A DNA stretch of 64,000 nucleotides from an uncultured Chloroflexia bacterium (GCA_963728635.1 CAVSKR010000002.1:136140-200139); one strand, 5' to 3'. Counted from the first letter of the stretch, positions 29,832-40,429 are shown. Notes: generated by a model not told the origin, from the sequence alone. A program made the numbers and translations.

Positions 29832-31334
29832 ATGACCGAACCCGAGCGCATCCTCGAGATGCGCGGCATCGACAAGACCTTCCCCGGCGTCCACGCGCTC
29901 CGGGCCGTCGACCTCGACGTCCGGGTCGGCGAGATCCTGGGCCTTGTCGGCGAGAATGGCGCCGGCAAGTCGACGCTCGTCAAGATCCTGTCAGGCGCCT
30001 ACGGGCGCGACGCGGGCGAGATCCTCATCGCCGACGAGGCCGTCGAGGCGTCGAGCCCGAACGAGATGATCGGCCGCGGGATCGCGGTCATCTACCAGGA
30101 ACCATCGCTGGCGCCACACCTGTCGGTCGCGGAGAACATCTTCATGGGCCGCCTGCCGACGAGTCGGTTCGGCATCGTCGATCGGCGCAAGCTGACGGAG
30201 GACACCGCGGTGGTCGCCGAGCGGCTCGGCCTCGACATCGACCCTGGCGCGCGGGTGGGAACGCTGAGCGTCGCCCGACGCCAGATGGTCGAGATCGCCA
30301 AGGCCCTGTCGCGCGACGCGCGTCTCATCGTGCTCGACGAGCCATCCGCCGTGCTGGCCGATGCCGAGCTCGACGGGCTGGTGCGGGTCATGCACCGCCT
30401 CGCGGAGAAGGGCGTGGCGTTCATCTACATCTCGCACCGGCTCAACGAGGTTTTCCGCATCACCGACCGCGTGACGGTGATGAAGGACGGCCGGGTCGTC
30501 GCGACGGAACGCACGGCCGACATGACCCCCGACCGGCTGGTACGCATGATGGTCGGGCGCGACCTGGGGCAGGTCTACGGGGAGCGTCACGGGCTGGCGC
30601 CTGGCGAGGTCGCGCTCGAAGTCCGCGGCCTGACACGCGCCGGCGTCTTCGACGACGTGTCCTTCAGGGCGCGAGCCGGCGAGATCGTCGGGATCGCCGG
30701 GCTGGCCGGCTCCGGCCGGACCGAGGTGCTGCGCGCGATCCATGGCGCGGACGCGGTCGACGCGGGCACGATCGAGATCTTCGGGCGGCCGGCTACGATC
30801 CGTACGCCGCGCGACTCGATCGCGCTGGGAATCGGCCTGCTAACCGAGGATCGCAAGACCGATGGCCTGCTGCTCCAGCAGGCTGTCGCGACGAACGTGA
30901 CGATCTCGCGCATGGACGAGGTGGCGCCGACCGGCGTCATCCGGATGCCACGCGAGCGCGACCTGGTCCGCGGCTACATCGACCGCCTCTCGATCCGGAC
31001 TCCCGGTGGTCGGACGCCGGTGCGTAACCTGTCCGGCGGGAACCAGCAGAAGGTCATCTTCGCGAAATGGCTCAACGCCCGGTGCCGGATCCTGCTGATC
31101 GATGAGCCGACCCGCGGCGTGGACGTCGGGGCGAAGCGCGAGATCTACGCGCTGCTGCGTGACCTGGCGGCTCGCGGGACGGCGATCGTCATCGTCTCGT
31201 CGGAGCTGCCCGAGGTGATCGGGATCAGCGACCGGATCGTGGTGATGCGCGAGGGCCGCATCGCGGTGACGCTCGACGCGGCCGAGGCGACCGAGGAGCG
31301 GATCATGGCGCACGCGACCCGGGTCGCGGCATGA
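29832..31334 (+). CDS. Sugar ABC transporter ATP-binding protein (duplicated NBD)
   Basis: 500 aa with two Walker A, signature and Walker B sets. Confidence 0.85.
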   Translation: MTEPERILEMRGIDKTFPGVHALRAVDLDVRVGEILGLVGENGAGKSTLVKILSGAYGRDAGEILIADEAVEASSPNEMIGRGIAVIYQEPSLAPHLSVAENIFMGRLPTSRFGIVDRRKLTEDTAVVAERLGLDIDPGARVGTLSVARRQMVEIAKALSRDARLIVLDEPSAVLADAELDGLVRVMHRLAEKGVAFIYISHRLNEVFRITDRVTVMKDGRVVATERTADMTPDRLVRMMVGRDLGQVYGERHGLAPGEVALEVRGLTRAGVFDDVSFRARAGEIVGIAGLAGSGRTEVLRAIHGADAVDAGTIEIFGRPATIRTPRDSIALGIGLLTEDRKTDGLLLQQAVATNVTISRMDEVAPTGVIRMPRERDLVRGYIDRLSIRTPGGRTPVRNLSGGNQQKVIFAKWLNARCRILLIDEPTRGVDVGAKREIYALLRDLAARGTAIVIVSSELPEVIGISDRIVVMREGRIAVTLDAAEATEERIMAHATRVAA

Positions 31335-32377
31335 CGGCCGGCTTCCCGACCGTCTACGGCCGCAACCTGGTCGCCGAGCTACCCGCCTTCGTCCATCGGC
31401 CGTATCTCGTGGTCACGATGGACGACCTCTGGCCGACGTTCCAGCCTCGGCTCGACGGTCCTCATCTCGCCGGTGTGCACGCAGTCCGGACGCTGGAGCT
31501 GGGTGAACTCGAAGCCGAATTGGCCTCCCTGCCGGCCTGCGCGAGCGTCATCGGGCTCGGCGGCGGCCAGGCCGTCGACGTCGCCAAGTTCGTGGCGTGG
31601 CGGCGCGACATCCCGCTGTTCCAGGTGCCGACAGCGATGACCGTCAACGCGCCGTTCGGCCACCGGGCCGGGCTTCGCGTCGACGGCCTGGTGCGCTATC
31701 TCGGATACGCCATCCCCGAGGCCGTCTACGTCGACTTCGACGTCATCGCGAGCGCGCCCCCGGGGCTCAACCGCGCGGGGGTCGGCGACATCCTGTGTTA
31801 CCACACGGCCCACCTCGACTGGCGGCTGACGCGGGACCGCGGTCGCGAGGAGCCCCAGTGGCCGTTCGACGAACTGCTGGTCGGCGAGGCGCGGGAGCGG
31901 CTCGACTCGGTGCTGGGCGCGCTCGATGACATCCACGACGTCACGGACAGCGGGATCCGGACCCTCATGAATGCCCACCGCTGGGGCGGCCAGACGTTCC
32001 ACGCGGCGGGCTGGAATCCCCGCCATATCGAAGGGGTCGAGCACTTCTTCTTCTACAACCTGGAGAAGCGGACCGGCCGCCATTTCATCCACGGCCAGCC
32101 GGTCGGACTCGGAATCGTGCTGGGCTCCGTGTTGCATGGCAGCGGGGCGGACGAGATGGTCACGGCCCTCGCCCGCGCGGGTGTCGACATCCGGCCCGAG
32201 GCGATGGGCGTCACGTGGGCGGACGCCGAAGCCGCGATGCGCACGCTCGCCACGTTCGTCCGTGAGGCCGGCCTGTGGCATTCGATCGCCGACGAGCGGG
32301 CCGTGGACGATGCGATCGTCGATGACGTTCGCGAGCGGGTCCATGGCGCGTACGGCGCATGGGAGCCGCCCACGTGA
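31331..32377 (+). CDS. Dehydroquinate-synthase-like / iron-containing alcohol dehydrogenase family enzyme (AraM / glycerol-1-phosphate dehydrogenase-like)
   Basis: GLGGGQAVDVAKF glycine-rich NAD motif and a His-rich metal site. Its stop overlaps the next gene. Confidence 0.65.
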   Translation: MTAGFPTVYGRNLVAELPAFVHRPYLVVTMDDLWPTFQPRLDGPHLAGVHAVRTLELGELEAELASLPACASVIGLGGGQAVDVAKFVAWRRDIPLFQVPTAMTVNAPFGHRAGLRVDGLVRYLGYAIPEAVYVDFDVIASAPPGLNRAGVGDILCYHTAHLDWRLTRDRGREEPQWPFDELLVGEARERLDSVLGALDDIHDVTDSGIRTLMNAHRWGGQTFHAAGWNPRHIEGVEHFFFYNLEKRTGRHFIHGQPVGLGIVLGSVLHGSGADEMVTALARAGVDIRPEAMGVTWADAEAAMRTLATFVREAGLWHSIADERAVDDAIVDDVRERVHGAYGAWEPPT

Positions 32378-33267
32378 AGGTCGGGATCACGCTTCCGCAG
32401 GGCTGCGATCGCGAGTACCTCGGCCTGGACGGGCCGACAGCCTGGGCGAGGACGGTGGACGCGGCGCGACAGGCCGAGGCCCTGGGCTTCGAGTCGCTGT
32501 GGCTGTACGACCATTTCCAGGTGGACCCGCCGCTCATCGACGTACCCGTCTTCGAGCCGTTCGTTGAGCTGACCGGGATCGCGATGGCGACGTCGCGGGT
32601 GCGGCTCGGGCATCTCGTCCTCGCGGCCGCCTATCGGCCGGCGGGGCTGACGGCCAAGATGATCTCGACGCTCGACGTGATCGCCGGCGGCCGGGTCGAG
32701 CTCGGAATCGGGGCGGGCTGGAAGGAAGACGAGTGGCGCGCGTACGGCTACGGCTTCCCCGATGCGCCCGAGCGCCTGGCGATCCTGGAGGACCATCTCG
32801 AGGTCATCAGCCGGATGCTGGCCCCGGGCCATGCGACATACGTGGGGCGCCACGCCCGCGTGGAGGACGCGATCCACGAGCCGACGTCGGCGGGCGGCCG
32901 GATCCCGGTCCTCATCGGTGGCAACGGGCCGAAGGTGACGTGGCGCCTCGCGGCCCGTTTCGCGGACGAGCTGAATCTTGACGCGCTGATGCCCGACGAG
33001 GTGGAAAGGGCCTTGCCGGTCATCGCGTCGCGCTGCGAGGAGATCGGACGGGAACCGTCCTCCTTGCGCGTGTCCGTCCATGTTTGGGGACGGCCCGACG
33101 CACCCGCGGGCGCCCCTCGCAGGGAACGGCTCCGCGCGTTTCGTGACGTGGGTGTCGCCCGGGTGATGCTCCAGGGCTTCGGGGCGGTCTCGGATCCGGG
33201 TCTCCTGGAGGCGATCGCCGAGGACTGCTCCGCGGTCGGGCTTCTCGCGGGAGACCCAACCGCGTAG
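32374..33267 (+). CDS. Luciferase-like monooxygenase / F420-dependent oxidoreductase family protein
   Basis: GTG at 32374, with VKVGITLPQ as a typical LLM N-terminus and a TIM-barrel LLM pattern. Confidence 0.7.
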   Translation: MKVGITLPQGCDREYLGLDGPTAWARTVDAARQAEALGFESLWLYDHFQVDPPLIDVPVFEPFVELTGIAMATSRVRLGHLVLAAAYRPAGLTAKMISTLDVIAGGRVELGIGAGWKEDEWRAYGYGFPDAPERLAILEDHLEVISRMLAPGHATYVGRHARVEDAIHEPTSAGGRIPVLIGGNGPKVTWRLAARFADELNLDALMPDEVERALPVIASRCEEIGREPSSLRVSVHVWGRPDAPAGAPRRERLRAFRDVGVARVMLQGFGAVSDPGLLEAIAEDCSAVGLLAGDPTA

Positions 33268-33455
33268 GTCGCGGTCCGCCGAGGCGCCGCGGGCTCCTCC
33301 GATCACGGGCCGGGCATCGTCATCCGTCGCATCCGGGTCGTCATCCGTGGGGGTGAGCGCGCCGACTCGTGCCCGCAGCCTCGTCCCGGGCGTGGGTTCG
33401 ACCATCGCGGCACACCCCCAGACGCCTGACCCTCCACCCGAAAGGACGATCCACG

Positions 33456-34862
33456 ATGGCCCTCGCCCGCATCCCCGCCTACGACTCCTTCGGTCCGCAC
33501 GACCTGGCCGCGTTCGCCGCCGGCATCAGCGGCACCGTCATCCGGCCCGACGACGAGGGCTACGAGGTGGCTCGCCAGGTCCAGCACGCCAACACCGACC
33601 TGCGGCCGCTCTGCATCGTCCAGGCCGCATCGGCGGCGGACGTCGCGCGGACCATCGTGTTCGCCCGCGAGACGGGACTCGAGCTCGCGGTCCGCGGCGG
33701 GGCGCACAGCGTTGCCGGCTACGGAACGAGCGAGGGCGGCCTCGTCCTCGACCTCGGCACGATGAAGGGCCTCCACATCGACCCGCTCCGGCGTCTTGCC
33801 TGGGCCCAGGCCGGGCTGCGCGCCGGTGAGTACACCGCGGCCGCCGCCGAGCACGGTCTCGCGACGCCGTTCGGTGATACGGGCAGCGTCGGGATCGCCG
33901 GCCTGACCCTCGGCGGCGGCATCGGCTGGCTCGTGCGCAAGCACGGACTGGCGATCGACGCGCTCGTATCGGTCGAGATCGTGCTGGCCGATGGACGCAT
34001 CGTCGTCGCCAGCGAGACCGAGCATCCCGACCTGTTCTGGGCGGTTCGCGGCGGCGGTGGCAACTTCGGCGTCGTCACCCGGTTCCAGTTCCGCCTCTAT
34101 CCGGTCTCGACGATCCTCGGCGGCGCGCTGTTCATGCCGCCGACCCGTGAGGTGCTGCGCGGCCTCCAGTCGGTCGCGGCTGCGGCACCCGAGAACCTCT
34201 CGACGATCTCGTTCCTGATGCCGGCTCCGCCCGCGCCGTTCGTCCCCGAGGCGATCCACGGGCAGCCGACGCTCGCGATCATGTTCGTCTACGACGGCGA
34301 CGCCGAGTCCGGCCAGGCCGCCCTCGAGCCGTTCCGTCGGCTCGCGACGCCGATGGCCGAGCTCGTCATGCCGATGCCGTACGTGGGCATCTACGAGATG
34401 CTCAAGGATGCCGAGCAGCGCAGCCCCACCTCGCATCGATCGCTGTTCCTCGAGACGCTCGACGACGCCGCGATCGACACGATCCTCGAGCGGATGGCGG
34501 CACCGAGCTCGCCCATGGCGATGACCCAGATCCGCATCCTGGGTGGCGCGATGGCACGGGTCGGTGCGGAGGACACGGCGTTCGCCCACCGCGACGCCCC
34601 CGTGATGGTCGTGATCATCACGCCCTTCGAGGACATGGCCGAGGCTGCCGTCCACGCCGACTGGACCCAGGCGTACTACGAGGCGCTCCGGCCGCGTTCG
34701 ACCGGCGTCTACTCGAACTTCCTCGAGGCCGAAGGCGAGGAGCGGATCCGCGAGGCATATCCCGAGGCCACGTACCGGCGCCTGGCGGACGTCAAGCGCC
34801 GCTACGACCCGACCAACCTCTTCCGTCGCAACCAGAACATCGCGCCTGCGGCCGCGCTGTAA
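33456..34862 (+). CDS. FAD-linked oxidase (PCMH-type FAD binding, BBE-like)
   Basis: ATG at 33456 after GAAAGGA. Motifs RGGGHS-like GGAHSVAG and GGGGNFG. Confidence 0.75.
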   Translation: MALARIPAYDSFGPHDLAAFAAGISGTVIRPDDEGYEVARQVQHANTDLRPLCIVQAASAADVARTIVFARETGLELAVRGGAHSVAGYGTSEGGLVLDLGTMKGLHIDPLRRLAWAQAGLRAGEYTAAAAEHGLATPFGDTGSVGIAGLTLGGGIGWLVRKHGLAIDALVSVEIVLADGRIVVASETEHPDLFWAVRGGGGNFGVVTRFQFRLYPVSTILGGALFMPPTREVLRGLQSVAAAAPENLSTISFLMPAPPAPFVPEAIHGQPTLAIMFVYDGDAESGQAALEPFRRLATPMAELVMPMPYVGIYEMLKDAEQRSPTSHRSLFLETLDDAAIDTILERMAAPSSPMAMTQIRILGGAMARVGAEDTAFAHRDAPVMVVIITPFEDMAEAAVHADWTQAYYEALRPRSTGVYSNFLEAEGEERIREAYPEATYRRLADVKRRYDPTNLFRRNQNIAPAAAL

Positions 34863-34930
34863 GGCCCGATCTCGCGATCACCCGCGCCGGCTCCCGACGG
34901 GAGCCGGCGCTCTCCTTTGGCCGCCGCCCG

Positions 34931-35275
34931 CTATTTCGCCGGCAGCGTCTTGCCGTGGTCGATCGCCCGCGCGATCCACGCATCGAGCTCCGCGTCGTCG
35001 TCCACGACGTCACCCGGCAGCGTGGCGTACCCCTTCATCGGCTTGCCGGGCATCGGCTCGAACGGCCCGGCACCGGGCAGGGAGAGGAGATTGGCGCGCT
35101 CCTCATCGCCGAGGCGGATCATCCACGAGCGGGCGAACAGGCCGGTCACGAGGTTGCCGCCGACGAACAGCGCCGGGTAGCCGAACATCTTGCGGCGGAC
35201 CGCCTCAGGGAAGCGCTCCGCGGTGGCATCGAAGCGGGCGACGAGCTCAGGCGGTGACTTCTCGAACGTCGGCAT
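34931..35275 (-). CDS. TfoX N-terminal domain-like protein
   Basis: 114 aa. Confidence 0.45.
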   Translation of the reverse strand: MPTFEKSPPELVARFDATAERFPEAVRRKMFGYPALFVGGNLVTGLFARSWMIRLGDEERANLLSLPGAGPFEPMPGKPMKGYATLPGDVVDDDAELDAWIARAIDHGKTLPAK

Positions 35276-35308
35276 TTGGGGCGACCTCCAGCGACGACCA
35301 GCGTAGCG

Positions 35309-36220
35309 TCAGATGGCCTCGATGCGGCGTGGCGCGAGCCGCGGACCGTAGCGCGGCGCGCGCATCCCGCTGAGCTCCAGCAGACGGACCACGAGCGCGC
35401 GCCGACCCCGGTACGGCTCGAGCAGCTCGAGCATCCGCGCATCGGTCGCACGCGGCTCGCCGGCCAGGCTGAACGCCACGAGATGTGGCAGGTGGAAGTC
35501 GCCGACGCTCACCGCGTCGACATCACCGAGCGCGCGGGCCCCGACCTCGGCCGCGGTCCACGGCCCGATACCCGGTACGGCCTGCAACCGCCGATAGCCG
35601 TCCGCGAACGGCATGTCGACGATCGCCTGGAACGTCGAGGCATGCGCCGCGATCGCCCGGATGAGATCGGCACGTCGACGCTCGACGCCGAGCGTGTGGT
35701 ACGACCAGTACGGCAGGCCGGCCAGCGTCGACGGCGCGGGCAGCACCCGCAGGCCGAGCTCCGGTGGACCCGGCGCGGGCTCACCGTACCGGCGGACCAG
35801 ACCGTGCCAGGCGCGATGGGCCTCGGTGCCGGTCACCTTCTGTTCGAGGATCGCCGCCACGAGCGACGGGAAGACCGCACCGGTGCGCGGGATCCGGACA
35901 CCGGGTCGCCGCCGCGCGAGCCCCACGATCAGGGGATCCGGCGCATCCGCGAGCGTCTCGGTGCCGGCGCTGAACAGCCGCGGGACCGCGTCGAGCGCCC
36001 GATCCGCACCCGGGCCCCATGCGTCGGCCGTCAAGCCCCGGCCGGCGACGGACAGGCCCAGCGTGGCGACACCGTCGGGAGTCCTCGTCGCGATCCAGGC
36101 GCGCCCCGAGGCGAGGCGGATCGTCCGGTCGCCGTGTCCCCGCACGAGCGGGCCAAGCGACGCGCCGAGGTCGAGAGGCCCGTCGAGAGCGAGCACCAGC
36201 CGGGCATTTGGTGGCGGCAC
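35309..36220 (-). CDS. alkA: DNA-3-methyladenine glycosylase II (AlkA, HhH-GPD)
   Basis: HhH-GPD motif LQAVPGIGPWTAAEV and the catalytic Asp region. Confidence 0.7.
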   Translation of the reverse strand: MPPPNARLVLALDGPLDLGASLGPLVRGHGDRTIRLASGRAWIATRTPDGVATLGLSVAGRGLTADAWGPGADRALDAVPRLFSAGTETLADAPDPLIVGLARRRPGVRIPRTGAVFPSLVAAILEQKVTGTEAHRAWHGLVRRYGEPAPGPPELGLRVLPAPSTLAGLPYWSYHTLGVERRRADLIRAIAAHASTFQAIVDMPFADGYRRLQAVPGIGPWTAAEVGARALGDVDAVSVGDFHLPHLVAFSLAGEPRATDARMLELLEPYRGRRALVVRLLELSGMRAPRYGPRLAPRRIEAI

Positions 36221-36306
36221 ACGCCGAGTCTGTCACGGATCCGATAGGGTCGCGAGGCGGTGCGCGCAGGCCACGCAACGCCATTCGATGGTACTGTCGG
36301 GCAGAC

Positions 36307-36912
36307 GTGCGACGCCTCAGGGTGGTCGCGAACGTGGCGCTCATCGCCATGCTCGCCTCGGTCGCCGTCCCCGGATCGGTGGGTTCCTGGCTCCCCAGGC
36401 CGAATGAAACCCCCTCCGTCGATCACTTCGCGGACGTGGAGATGGTCGCGGCTGTCCGTGGGCCGGCGTCGACGCCCTTGCCCCTCGATCCGGGGGCCCG
36501 GTCAGACGGGAGCCTGGATCAAGGCTCGAAGCTGTTCGAGCCGATCATCGCGAACGAGCCGCCGCAGGCTCGGCCGGCGGCTGCCCAGCCCGCGGCCCGG
36601 CCCGACGTCGTCGTGAAACCCCGTTGGCGCCTCGACCGGAACGTGTCGTGGTACGGCCCCGGGTTCTACGGCAATCGGACCGCGTGTGGCCTCGCGATGA
36701 CGAAAACCCTCATCGGCGTCGCCCACAAGACCCTCCCATGCGGGACGAAGGTCACCTTCCGCAATCCCGCCAATGGCAGGACGGTCACGGCGCCGGTAGT
36801 CGATCGCGGGCCATACGTGAGCGGGCGGCAATGGGACCTGACCGGCGGGTTGTGCAAGCGCCTCGACCACTGCCACACGGGCGCGCTCTACTGGCGGCTG
36901 ACCAGCCGCTGA
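36307..36912 (+). CDS. RlpA-like double-psi beta-barrel (DPBB) secreted protein
   Basis: GTG at 36307, a signal peptide, and the DPBB motif VSWYGPGFYGNRTACG...GRTVTAPVVDRGPY. Confidence 0.55.
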   Translation: MRRLRVVANVALIAMLASVAVPGSVGSWLPRPNETPSVDHFADVEMVAAVRGPASTPLPLDPGARSDGSLDQGSKLFEPIIANEPPQARPAAAQPAARPDVVVKPRWRLDRNVSWYGPGFYGNRTACGLAMTKTLIGVAHKTLPCGTKVTFRNPANGRTVTAPVVDRGPYVSGRQWDLTGGLCKRLDHCHTGALYWRLTSR

Positions 36913-36934
36913 CCATTTGACCAGCGAGCATGAA

Positions 36935-36964
36935 GGGAGGATAGCCGCGGAACGGCTACCCTCC
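36935..36964. terminator. Imperfect hairpin between convergent genes
   Basis: GGGAGGATAGCC-N7-GGCTACCCTCC. Confidence 0.3.
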
Positions 36965-36992
36965 GATGTCGCGCGTCTTGGGGCAGTAGGGA

Positions 36993-39371
36993 CTACTGCA
37001 GGACGAAGATCTGGTCCAGGACAACCTTCGGATGACCGGACGTCCCGACCACCACGATACGGATCGAATGGTTGCCGACGCTCGTCCAGCTCTTGGTGTA
37101 GACCAGCTTCCGGTCGAAGATGGTGGCCGCGTTCAGGTTCACGGTCTTGACGAGCGCCCCGTCGATGTAGACCCTCGCCTGGCCGTAGGCCGGGCCGAGC
37201 CGGGCGTACCAGCCGACACAATTCCCCCGGAAGCCGAGCGTCGCGGTGGCGTTCCTGGCCGACGAGACCTTGGCCTTGCCACCGACGTAGACGGTCGAGC
37301 TCGAGAGAGTCCATGTCCCGGTGTAGCGGATGTTGGCGTTGGACTCGCTGTAGCTCCGCGTCGTGAACGTCGCACTGCAGCGAGGACCACTCGTGTTGTT
37401 CCGGTTGTCGATCGTGTAGACGCAGAACCGGTACGTGATGGCCGAGTTGGGCAGGTCGAGCGAGATGCCGAGGGCGGTCGTCATCGGCGTCACTTCCGTG
37501 AACGCGCCGCCGTTGACCGACTTCGTCACGCGGTAGCCCTGGACGCCACTGCCCGCATCCGTCCCGGCGGTCCACGTCAGTCGGACGGGGATGCCGAAGC
37601 GGCCCGAGCCGAAGATCGTGTGGGCCACCGGTCCCGGTGGGGTCGGCGCCGTCACGTCGTCGGTCAGCTCGATCGTGTCGCTCGCGGTCGAGGACCAGTT
37701 CCCTTTCGCGTCGCGCCATTGCACGTACACGGTCTTGGTGCCAACCCCAGCGGAGAGGGTCCAGGCGATCGGCGTCGTGTACACGAAGGTCGAGCTGCTG
37801 CTCATATCCGCGTTGTTGGACAGCTTGACGAGGCTGACGCCACTCCCGCCGGTGTCCGTCGCGGGGACCGCGACAGTGACGGCCTGCGTGCTCGTCGCCG
37901 CTGCGCCGGCGTTGATCGAGACCGTGCCACTGGGAGCGGTGCTGTCAGCGGCCGGGATGGCCATGACGTTGTGCATGAAGAACTTGCGGTTCGGATGCGC
38001 CGTCGAATGCAGGTTGTTGGCGATCACCGCGATCCCGCTGGCGGCCGTCACCGTTTGCTTGGTCGTCGAGGGGTCGTCGATCAGGAGCTCGGTGGCGCTC
38101 TTGATGAACGGGGTGCCGCGCTGGATCGTCTGGTCCGCGGCGCCTCGGAACTTGAAGGCCTCGGGGCCGGTCAGCGGCGCCGACTTCACGTAGACGGTGC
38201 CACCGCCATTGGGCGAGGTCATGAACAGGTATGCGACCTCGAGCTCCTCGCTGATCGCGACCTGGGGTCGCGTGTTGCAGTCGCCGACGGTCCCGGCGAG
38301 GTGCACCGACCAGCTCCCGCCAGCGGTTCGCTGGAAGAACTCGATCAGGGGGTGCTGCATGCCGGTCGCGCAATTCAGCGTGTCACGGCCGGTCTTGCCG
38401 ACCATGTACACGCGGCCATCGCTGGTCTTCTTGAGGTTGATGTGGTTGTCCGCGATCTGGGTATTACCCGCCTGGTTGAGGGTGGGCAGCACCTCGAGCG
38501 TCCAGCTCCCCGCCTGGGTCGGGTCGGCGCCGGCGTTCGCGACCGCGAAGTAGAAGCCATTGTCGGCGCCCGCGGTCGCGCCGGAACCGTCCTGGTCGCT
38601 CCACGCGATACCGATCTTGGTGCCGAACGAGATGACGCTGGCCATATCGCTATCGGTCAGGTTGGCCGACTTGATCGGGTTGGCGGCCTGTGCCGGGAGT
38701 TGCGCGGCCGCGCTCCAGGTGTCGCCGTCATCGTCGGAGATGCTGTACATGACGGCCGTGGCCTTCGGCCAGACCGCCCACAGGCGACCGCTCGAGTCCT
38801 TCTCGATCGTGACGGAGTACGCACCGCCCCGGAATGCCGGCGAGGCGGTGCTCGCCGTCCCCGCGATCGACTTGATGCCGCCGACCTGGGTGTACGTGTC
38901 GGTCGCGGTCACATACGAGTATTTGAAGATCCGGATGTCGTCCGGGGTGCCCGGCACAGCGAACGGAGAGGAGACATTGACGGGCGGCACGGAGGCGACG
39001 TACAGGGTGCCATCGGTGCCTGCGCTCTCGTCCCAGAGGTAGTCGGCGTGCGACGAGTCGCGGCCGTCGACGACCGTCGTGGTCGCGGTCCAGGTCGCGT
39101 CAGCGGTCAGCTTGTAGATCCGGAAGTCCGAAAGAGGCGGCGAGACGCTGTACCGGAACATGCCGGCCCACCAGCTGCCATCGGCGTACCAGGTCTTGGA
39201 CTGTGGCTTGTCGCTCGATGGACGGAAGGCGCCACCCCCGTAGAGGTGGTCTCGATAGCCTTCCGTGACCGGGGTCCCGGCCACGACGGAGCCGGTCGCG
39301 ACGATGGCGGCCAGGCCGATGGACAGGAGGACCGTCGCGAGGCGACGACCGGAGCGCAACGCGTGAGTCAT
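36993..39371 (-). CDS. Large secreted BNR/Asp-box repeat protein (sialidase-like beta-propeller with Ig-like/FN3 and C-terminal beta-sandwich domains)
   Basis: 792 aa, with a signal peptide and the Asp-box SISDDDGDTWS. The 972-aa plus-strand ORF opposite it is an artefact. Confidence 0.65.
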   Translation of the reverse strand: MTHALRSGRRLATVLLSIGLAAIVATGSVVAGTPVTEGYRDHLYGGGAFRPSSDKPQSKTWYADGSWWAGMFRYSVSPPLSDFRIYKLTADATWTATTTVVDGRDSSHADYLWDESAGTDGTLYVASVPPVNVSSPFAVPGTPDDIRIFKYSYVTATDTYTQVGGIKSIAGTASTASPAFRGGAYSVTIEKDSSGRLWAVWPKATAVMYSISDDDGDTWSAAAQLPAQAANPIKSANLTDSDMASVISFGTKIGIAWSDQDGSGATAGADNGFYFAVANAGADPTQAGSWTLEVLPTLNQAGNTQIADNHINLKKTSDGRVYMVGKTGRDTLNCATGMQHPLIEFFQRTAGGSWSVHLAGTVGDCNTRPQVAISEELEVAYLFMTSPNGGGTVYVKSAPLTGPEAFKFRGAADQTIQRGTPFIKSATELLIDDPSTTKQTVTAASGIAVIANNLHSTAHPNRKFFMHNVMAIPAADSTAPSGTVSINAGAAATSTQAVTVAVPATDTGGSGVSLVKLSNNADMSSSSTFVYTTPIAWTLSAGVGTKTVYVQWRDAKGNWSSTASDTIELTDDVTAPTPPGPVAHTIFGSGRFGIPVRLTWTAGTDAGSGVQGYRVTKSVNGGAFTEVTPMTTALGISLDLPNSAITYRFCVYTIDNRNNTSGPRCSATFTTRSYSESNANIRYTGTWTLSSSTVYVGGKAKVSSARNATATLGFRGNCVGWYARLGPAYGQARVYIDGALVKTVNLNAATIFDRKLVYTKSWTSVGNHSIRIVVVGTSGHPKVVLDQIFVLQ

Positions 39372-39451
39372 GAACGAGGAACCCCCACAGATGATGGCGT
39401 CCGTCCCACACCCGGTAGGACTATCGTCGCTGTCGGCAACGGGCGACTGGG

Positions 39452-40411
39452 CTATGCAGGATACGCGACTCGTCCAATGCCGGGGCCAGCCCTCACGGCC
39501 TTTCCGGTGACCGACGGCACCGTTTCGCCGCCGCCACGCGCTCGCTCGACCAGCTCGCGGGCCGCTGCGATCACGAGGTCCGGCCGATCGGCCTGGATGA
39601 TGTGGCCGGCACCCCAGGCGAGCTCGTACCGCACGTGTCCTGGCGACAGCGACCCGTATCCCTGTTCCCAGGCGGTCGCGATCGCCACGTTCGTCGGGCC
39701 GTCGAGGCGCGGTTCCTCGCGCGGCGCGCGCAGCACGACGACGGGCAGGCCGGACACGTCGGCGGCGCGCAGCTGTGCCTCGGATGCCGGCCAGTCGAGG
39801 TCTTCGACGCCGGCCACGAGGTCCCGGAGCTGCTGTGCGCGGCCCTCGTACTCGGGTCGGAGGTCGCCGAGGAGCGGATGGATCCAGTCCACCTCGAGGT
39901 CGACGCTGAAGCCATCGACGAGGACGAGGCCCGCGACGTCGGCCCGATGACGGTGGGCGAAGACGCGTGCGTAGACCTCACCGAGCGAATGCCCGACGAC
40001 GACGAACGGCGACGATTCCCCGGCGCGGTCGAGAAGGGTGCGCAGGTCGTCGGCCGCATCGGCGACCGTGTGCCTCCCGCGGGCGTCGCTCGACCCGCGA
40101 CCGGCTCGGTCGTAGGCGCAGGTGCGCGTGGTCGCGGCCATGCCGTCGTGCACGGGCGTCCAGCCGGCGACGCCATCGCCCATCCCGGCCTCGAGGACGA
40201 TCGTGGGCGAGCCCGTGCCGCGACAATCGAGGTAGAGCGATCGACCACCGACGTCGACGCGCTCGCCCTGTCCCAAGGCGATTGGCGCAAGGCGGTGACG
40301 GGCAAGCCACGTCTGGGGGCCACCGACGCGGGCGATATCGATAAGGACGGCGAGGACCAGCCCGACGACGATCGCGAGCAGCAGGCGCGACGGCTGGCGA
40401 AGGACGGCCAT
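39452..40411 (-). CDS. Alpha/beta hydrolase with N-terminal TM anchor
   Basis: ATG at 40411. Nucleophile elbow GHSLG. Confidence 0.65.
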   Translation of the reverse strand: MAVLRQPSRLLLAIVVGLVLAVLIDIARVGGPQTWLARHRLAPIALGQGERVDVGGRSLYLDCRGTGSPTIVLEAGMGDGVAGWTPVHDGMAATTRTCAYDRAGRGSSDARGRHTVADAADDLRTLLDRAGESSPFVVVGHSLGEVYARVFAHRHRADVAGLVLVDGFSVDLEVDWIHPLLGDLRPEYEGRAQQLRDLVAGVEDLDWPASEAQLRAADVSGLPVVVLRAPREEPRLDGPTNVAIATAWEQGYGSLSPGHVRYELAWGAGHIIQADRPDLVIAAARELVERARGGGETVPSVTGKAVRAGPGIGRVAYPA

Positions 40412-40429
40412 ACGGCCTACCGTAGCCGT

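Noticed and set aside
37032-39950. 972-aa plus-strand ORF, the longest in the window
   Set aside because: It lies entirely antisense to the BNR/Asp-box protein gene. Its composition is Arg/Gly/Asp-rich with no domains, the typical high-GC antisense artefact.
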